A stretch of 64,000 nt of DNA. It comes from Octopus vulgaris. Taxonomy: Eukaryota. Shown here piece after piece: positions 57,301 through 64,000 of the stretch. The stretch lies in NCBI GenBank assembly GCA_951406725.2, contig OX597815.1, positions 64,542,001-64,606,000 of the forward strand, given 5' to 3'. Position numbers and translations under genes: made by a program. The stretch's first letter is position 1; each line of letters opens with the position of its first letter. The notes under the pieces were generated by a model. It saw only the letters and a list, made by a program, of their open reading frames with translations, was not told the origin of the DNA and searched no databases.

Positions 57301-58182
57301 AATTTCTATTAATATATGTATCTTTATTTACACACACAAACACACAAACACACAAACACATAAACACATATATATGTGTATGTATGTATATATATATATG
57401 TGTGTGTGTGTGTATCAAAATATTATGAATATGTATGTGTGTGTATGAGTGTGTGCATGTATGCATGAATGTGTGAGTGTAAGTATCTAAGTATGTGCAA
57501 ATGTATATGTAAACAATGAGGAAAAGAAAGGCGATGGAGGTTGGTGAGAGAGAAGAGAAAGACAAACACTGGGAGATGGTGATCGAGATAGAAACAAACG
57601 TTTCAGATAGAGAATATTACTGAAAAATATAACATGAACAAAGCAACAACAACATCATTATCAGCATCATCATCGACAACAATATCAACAAACGAGAGTG
57701 CAAATAGAAAGAGCAGCGAAGAGAATTAATATGATCGATGGAAAGCAGGAGAGACTGAGAAACAGAGAGAAACTGGGTGGGAGAAAGAGAGTGAATGAGA
57801 GAGAGAGAGGAAGTAAGAGAGAGAGAGAGAGATAAAAGAAAAATATGAAAAACGTGAAAAAGAAGGAACAAATTGTAACTGAAAATGATAATGACAGCTC
57901 GGAAATAAAATTTTTCTGGCTTTAGTTCATTTTATGTTATGTTTAGACACACACATACATGCGCGTGCGCACACACTCACATAGACACACACACACATAC
58001 ACACATACAAATAAACAAACACTCAACCACACACACACACAGAGGAGCTCACACATGTGCGCGCGCACACACGCACAAGCACATATACATGTATATGTGT
58101 GTGAATATATATATATGATACATATGCATATATAGTATGCTTTATATGGTTTAGCAGATATATATACATATATATACACACA

Positions 58183-58238
<56 letters not shown>

Positions 58239-58375
58239 TGCATAAAAATATACACGTACACACAGAAAGATACATATACATAAAGACACATTAGATATCT
58301 ACATAATGAGATACGTGCATGCGTACACAGATATAGCGATAAATACATAAATATATATGTATATTTACATACATT

Positions 58376-58427
<52 letters not shown>

Positions 58428-58433
58428 CACACA

Positions 58434-58551
<118 letters not shown>

Positions 58552-58869
58552 CCCAATATATGCACGAAAAAGCGTGTATGTACATCTACATATTCGAAAC
58601 TTTATGTATTTCTTACCACTTGATACGCGTTGCCCAGAAGTTGAAGTTTTCCTGAGTAAAAAAAAAGGTTAAACACATTCACACTTTTGTAGAATTTGCG
58701 ATATGTTGTTTTGGCGTATGTAAATACCTATGCACATACGTGATATAGACATACACATATACATGCAAAATATACATGCATATTTATATACATACATGCA
58801 TACATATACATATATACATGTGCGTGTGTATGTGTGTGTGTCCATGAATGTATGCATGTATGTATATAC

Positions 58870-58938
<69 letters not shown>

Positions 58939-59191
58939 TAGTGAGACATATACGTATCTATGCACGCATACTCACACACACGCACCCACACACATATATG
59001 TATGTTTGCCTGTATGTCTTTATGTCTACATGTCTATGGATGATTTTCTTTCTGGAGTTTTGAGAAGATATATGCGCATGCGTTAGTGATACGATATTTT
59101 TTAATCTGAAAACGTGAGTGTGAATTTTCTATTTCTTTTTATTTCGGCCTGATACATATATACATAAATACATCCATACATTCATACATGT

Positions 59192-59265
<74 letters not shown>

Positions 59266-59413
59266 GTATATACATATATATATATATATATACATGTATG
59301 TTTATACATATATATGTATGTATGTATATAAACATATTTACACGCGCCAATACGCGCACAGGCACGGAAATGCTGTCGGTGTGTGTATCTACATAGAATG
59401 GAAAACATTTATC

Positions 59414-59484
<71 letters not shown>

Positions 59485-59726
59485 GTAAGTAGATAGAGAA
59501 ATAGCTGAAATAAAAAATGGTTACAAACACGCAATACCTCGTCTATATGTATATAAGAATATGAATGTATTTAATCACATATATGTGCGTATATATGTGT
59601 GTGTGTGTGTGTATAATTATGTGTATGTGTGTCTGTATTCCTATATAAATATGTGCATATGAGAAAAAATATACTTACATATATATAGCAGCACACAAAC
59701 ACACGCGCACACACACATACACATAC

Positions 59727-59783
<57 letters not shown>

Positions 59784-60368
59784 TATAAATATATATATAT
59801 ATATACGGATCTGTGTATAGTAGTGTGTATGTATAAAATTTCACACTGACATACATACTCACGCACATAAACACACAGGCACACACGCACACAAATATAC
59901 ATAAATGTACACACGAATCTGTTAATACGTGCTTGCATATATGTATGTAATTATGCATATAACTATGTTTCTGTTTGTATGTGTACGTTTGTGTGTATTT
60001 GTGCATATATATCTGTCTAAGTGCCTGTATGTACACGCATATGTGTACGTCCGTGCATTGTTAAATATTTCTTATTGTATCTATTTCGTAGCTGGGAAAG
60101 TATGCTACAATGAACATATATCCAATCTCTTTTACTTTCACTCTCTGTCTCTCCCCTTCTCTCTCTCTCTCTATCTATCTCTCTCTCTCTCTCACTTTCA
60201 CTTTGTATATATATAGTGAGAAAAAGAGAAGTGGAGAGACAGATGCATACATACGTATATGTGTATATATGTATGTGCATATATAAGCATAAATATATAC
60301 ATATATACATACATATATGCATATACATATATATATATGCATAGATATATGTATATAATATGTGTATG

Positions 60369-60411
<43 letters not shown>

Positions 60412-60414
60412 ATG

Positions 60415-60451
<37 letters not shown>

Positions 60452-60558
60452 CTTAAAAAGTGCGTATATGCATATACAAAAATATATATATCATATTTGT
60501 ATACGACGATAGACGCATACAAATTCATATATATTTATTTGTGTGTGTGTATATATAT

Positions 60559-60607
<49 letters not shown>

Positions 60608-61559
60608 CATACATACATACATATATACATACATACATATATACATACATACATACATACATACATACATGCATGCATGCATACATACATACATACATAC
60701 ATACATACATACATACATACATACATACATACATACATACATACATACGCATATACATATATAATTGATAGCAAGCAAATCTCCATGCAGGCTATCGGCT
60801 CGGCTCTCGCTATATAATCGATTTACTTGTTATTCGAAGCACGTTGGAAAGTAATCAATATTTAACCCCAGGAGAGAAGCTATCTGAAAATTACTCTCCT
60901 ATCTCTCATCCGAGCCAGTTTCGCTTCACACCTACCACCTCGTAGTATGCACAATGCACACCGTGTGTATGTGTAGATGTGTGGAAGTAAAGACATGTAT
61001 GTGTTTGTGAGTATATATATTTATGTATATGTGTGTATGTATATATATATATGATATATATATACGTATGTACACATAGAAATATATACATATATACATA
61101 TATAAAATGTAATGTATATGCACATTATATATATATGCATGTATGTGTATGTATGTATGTATGCATGTATGTATGTATGTATGTATGTATGTATGTATGT
61201 ATGTATATATGTATGTATATGCATATATTATTCATATACTCACACACATGCAATGCTCAAACATACATATATACACGCATATATACATACACTCACAGAC
61301 ACATACTCTTACCAATGTGATATTGTTCTTTTCGTTGTTGATTTTATTCTTCCAAGACGTTGTCGACATCGTCATTGCTGTCTCAGTGATGTTGTTATTA
61401 GTAAGATGGTGCCACTGTCTCTGGACGTGATATGGTATGGGAGATCGGTCTTGTTTGGTTTCGTAAGGTGTGGTGGTCTGGAGGTGAGTGTTCTAGCAAG
61501 GTGTTTGTGTTATAGGAGAATAGCGGATTTTTTCTTAGTCCAAATAGCAATGTTTTCTT

Positions 61560-61589
61560 CTTGTTGCATCATCATCATCATCGTCGTCG

Positions 61590-61638
<49 letters not shown>

Positions 61639-61800
61639 TATCATCATCATTATCATCATCATCATTATTATTACTGTTGTTGTCGTCTTTGCAATTGTTG
61701 TTATCGTTATCATTGTTATCGTCACCATCATCATCATCATCATCAACATCATCATCATCATCATCATCATCGTCATCATCCCCATCATTGTTGTTGTTAT
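61560..61800. repeat. (CAT)n/(GTT)n triplet repeats
   Basis: Directly visible. Confidence 0.96.
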
Positions 61801-62575
61801 GTTTGTTGTTTTTGTTTTTGTCTCGTAGCCGATTTTTCTGTTTACCATTTATATTTATTTCATATTTTTTATGTTGTTTTCGTTCATTCTTGTGATTGTC
61901 ATTGCTTATTATTTAATTTTTTTCTTTCTTTTTCGAAATAATTTTTTTTTACTTCTTCCAAGATTTGTATTTACATGCATACGTGTGTGTGAGTGTGCAT
62001 GTATATGTATATAGATATATATGTTTGTATATATGTAAATATATGTATGTATCTTTATGCATACGTGCACGTATATTTTTATATACATATATATGTATAT
62101 GTATGTGCGAACGTATGTATGTATGTATTCTTAATCTCGTAATTTTGTTTCAATTTTCTAGAATCCTTGGCAGGATATATATCGGTGATAGTAGGTGGAC
62201 TACAAAATTATTCAAGTTACAAAATTCTTCAATTTATAAAATTCAAGTATTTTCAGACACGACTGTCATCCAGATTCTTAAATATGGTATGTGTTGAGCT
62301 CATATTTCATACATACATTTTCTTCAGAAGAAATTTTTAAATAAGAAACACGATCTCTTAGGTTCTTCGAATTTAGCACTTTTAGTTTTAAAAAAAATAT
62401 TGTCCATTTTAATGTATCAAGATCTCTAACATTGTTACACATAATATATATTTAATATATGCGTCGTCTATAGATGAGTGTATTATATTTATATCAGAAT
62501 CACATTTTCTTAAATTTCACCAACACTTTGATTTTTCAACTGTTAAAATTGTATAATCTTTTCATATAGCTTTAA

Positions 62576-62626
<51 letters not shown>

Positions 62627-62795
62627 CGTGCGCGCGTGCGTGCGTGCGTGCATGCGTGCGTGCGTGCATTCGTGCGTGCGTGCATGCGTGCGTGCATGCG
62701 TGCGTGCATGCGTGCGTGCATGCGTGCGTGCATGCGTGCATGCATGCGTGCGTGCGTGCCTGCCTGCATGCGTTCGTGCGTGCATGTATGTATGT
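62576..62795. repeat. (GT)n followed by (GCGT/GCAT)n higher-order microsatellite
   Basis: Directly visible, with a TGCGTGCGTGCA-like 12-mer periodicity. Confidence 0.95.
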
Positions 62796-62903
62796 ACGTA
62801 TATTGTAAAGTTTATGAACAAAGACAAGAATAAAGACAACGCGGGATGGACAGTTATGAACAAGTATTGTGTGAGTTAAACGTTTAGAAAAGAAAGGAAA
62901 TGA

Positions 62904-62938
62904 CCTCAACGTTTCGGACACTAGTACTTCATCAAAGG
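62904..62938 (-). ncRNA. Degenerate minimal hammerhead-like motif
   Basis: Minus strand: CCT TTGATGA A GTAC-TAGT-GTCC GAAA CG TT GAGG. Stem registers are imperfect. Confidence 0.45.
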
Positions 62939-63234
62939 AGAAGTATAGAAGAAAAGTAAATGAAGCGTGCGAGAGGGAAATAGTAATGGGAGGGGGGAGG
63001 GCCTAAAAATGAAAGAAAAGTAAGGAGAAAAGGGATAAAGGAGACGTATGTTCGTATAAAGATCCAAAGAGTGCAGTTTTCTACTAGGGTTTGTCCAATA
63101 TACTGTTATTCTACAGATTCTATATAAGTATATATCTTTAATTACCATTTTCTTTTTCATCTCTCCTTCATATTTAAAGAAACATGAATAAAGGATTTTA
63201 AAAAAAACTGAGTTAAACAGAAGTTAAAATATTT

Positions 63235-64000
63235 ATCAGGTTGAGTAAAAAGTAAGCAACGTTTTGAACCATGAATTATACTGAATTTATACTGAATTTT
63301 TGTAGAATTTTGAATTTTTAAAAAACTTTTTTGCAATTGTCTGACAATACAGACATAGACTTGCCCAAATGCATCAATAAATTAACATAATTTTTTTTAA
63401 ACGTTATTACAATCATCTGAAATGGAACTATCAAAGCGCGATATTCGAGCAATATTGCTATTCAACTTCAAAAAAGCAGCTGAAACTACTCGCGATACCA
63501 ACGAAACATTTGGTGAGGAAATGACCAGTGAGTGGTCAGCTCAAAAATAGTTTAAACGATTTTGCAATGGGGACTTGAGCCTTGAAGATCGTGAGCGTAG
63601 TGGACGCCCATCTATCATTGCTGTCGGTCAATTAAAGACTCATGGAGAAAGATCCACGTAAAAGCACTCGAGAACTGGCAAAAGAACTTCGAGTTAACAA
63701 GAAAACTACCTGCAACCATTTGCATGCGATCGGAAAATCAAAAGGCTCGACTAATGAGTACCACACAATTTCATTGAAAATCAGAAAATGCGCAGATATG
63801 AAATTTGTTCGTCGCTTTTTCTCCATAACCAAACTGATCCATTTCTCGACCGTATTATAACTGACGATGAAAAGTGGCTTCTGTACAGTAATAAAAAAAC
63901 GTTCAACCAAAATGAAATACTGAAAACCTTCCCTAAACTCGAGCTCTTCAAAAAGGTTATGGTGACTGCTTGGTGGTGTATTGCTGGACTCATCCACTAT
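63235..64000 (+). mobile_element. Mariner transposon (decayed, runs off window)
   Basis: TA-TCAGGTTGAGTAAAAAG terminus. MELSKRDIRAILLFNFK, FKRFCNGDLSLEDRERSGRP, FLDRIITDDEKWLLY, KKVMVTAWW. Confidence 0.9.

Overview
Eukaryotic, AT-rich, microsatellite-saturated DNA with no recognisable host protein-coding gene or structural RNA gene. Almost all ORFs in the track are translations of (TA)n, (CA)n or triplet repeats. The repeat content resembles intronic/intergenic DNA of an octopus-like cephalopod (inference, not a database match). It includes tRNA-derived SINEs with internal (TA)n, Penelope-like elements (PLEs), RTE, R4/Dong-like and CR1-group LINEs, Tc1/mariner elements and a Helitron. Four signals stand out. 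(1) Several unrelated minimal hammerhead-ribozyme (HHR) folds occur in PLE pseudo-LTRs, with the catalytic-core 3-8 pair seen as C-G, U-A and G-C. (2) These pLTRs recur as asymmetric fold-backs inside (TA)n, with the short arm ending at an internal TA microhomology, which suggests twin priming. (3) A ~4.8 kb, ~87-88 bp-unit satellite has a monomer that translates as part of a PLE GIY-YIG endonuclease. (4) There is a full-length Tc1-like element with DD36E spacing. All coordinates and alignments were read by eye.
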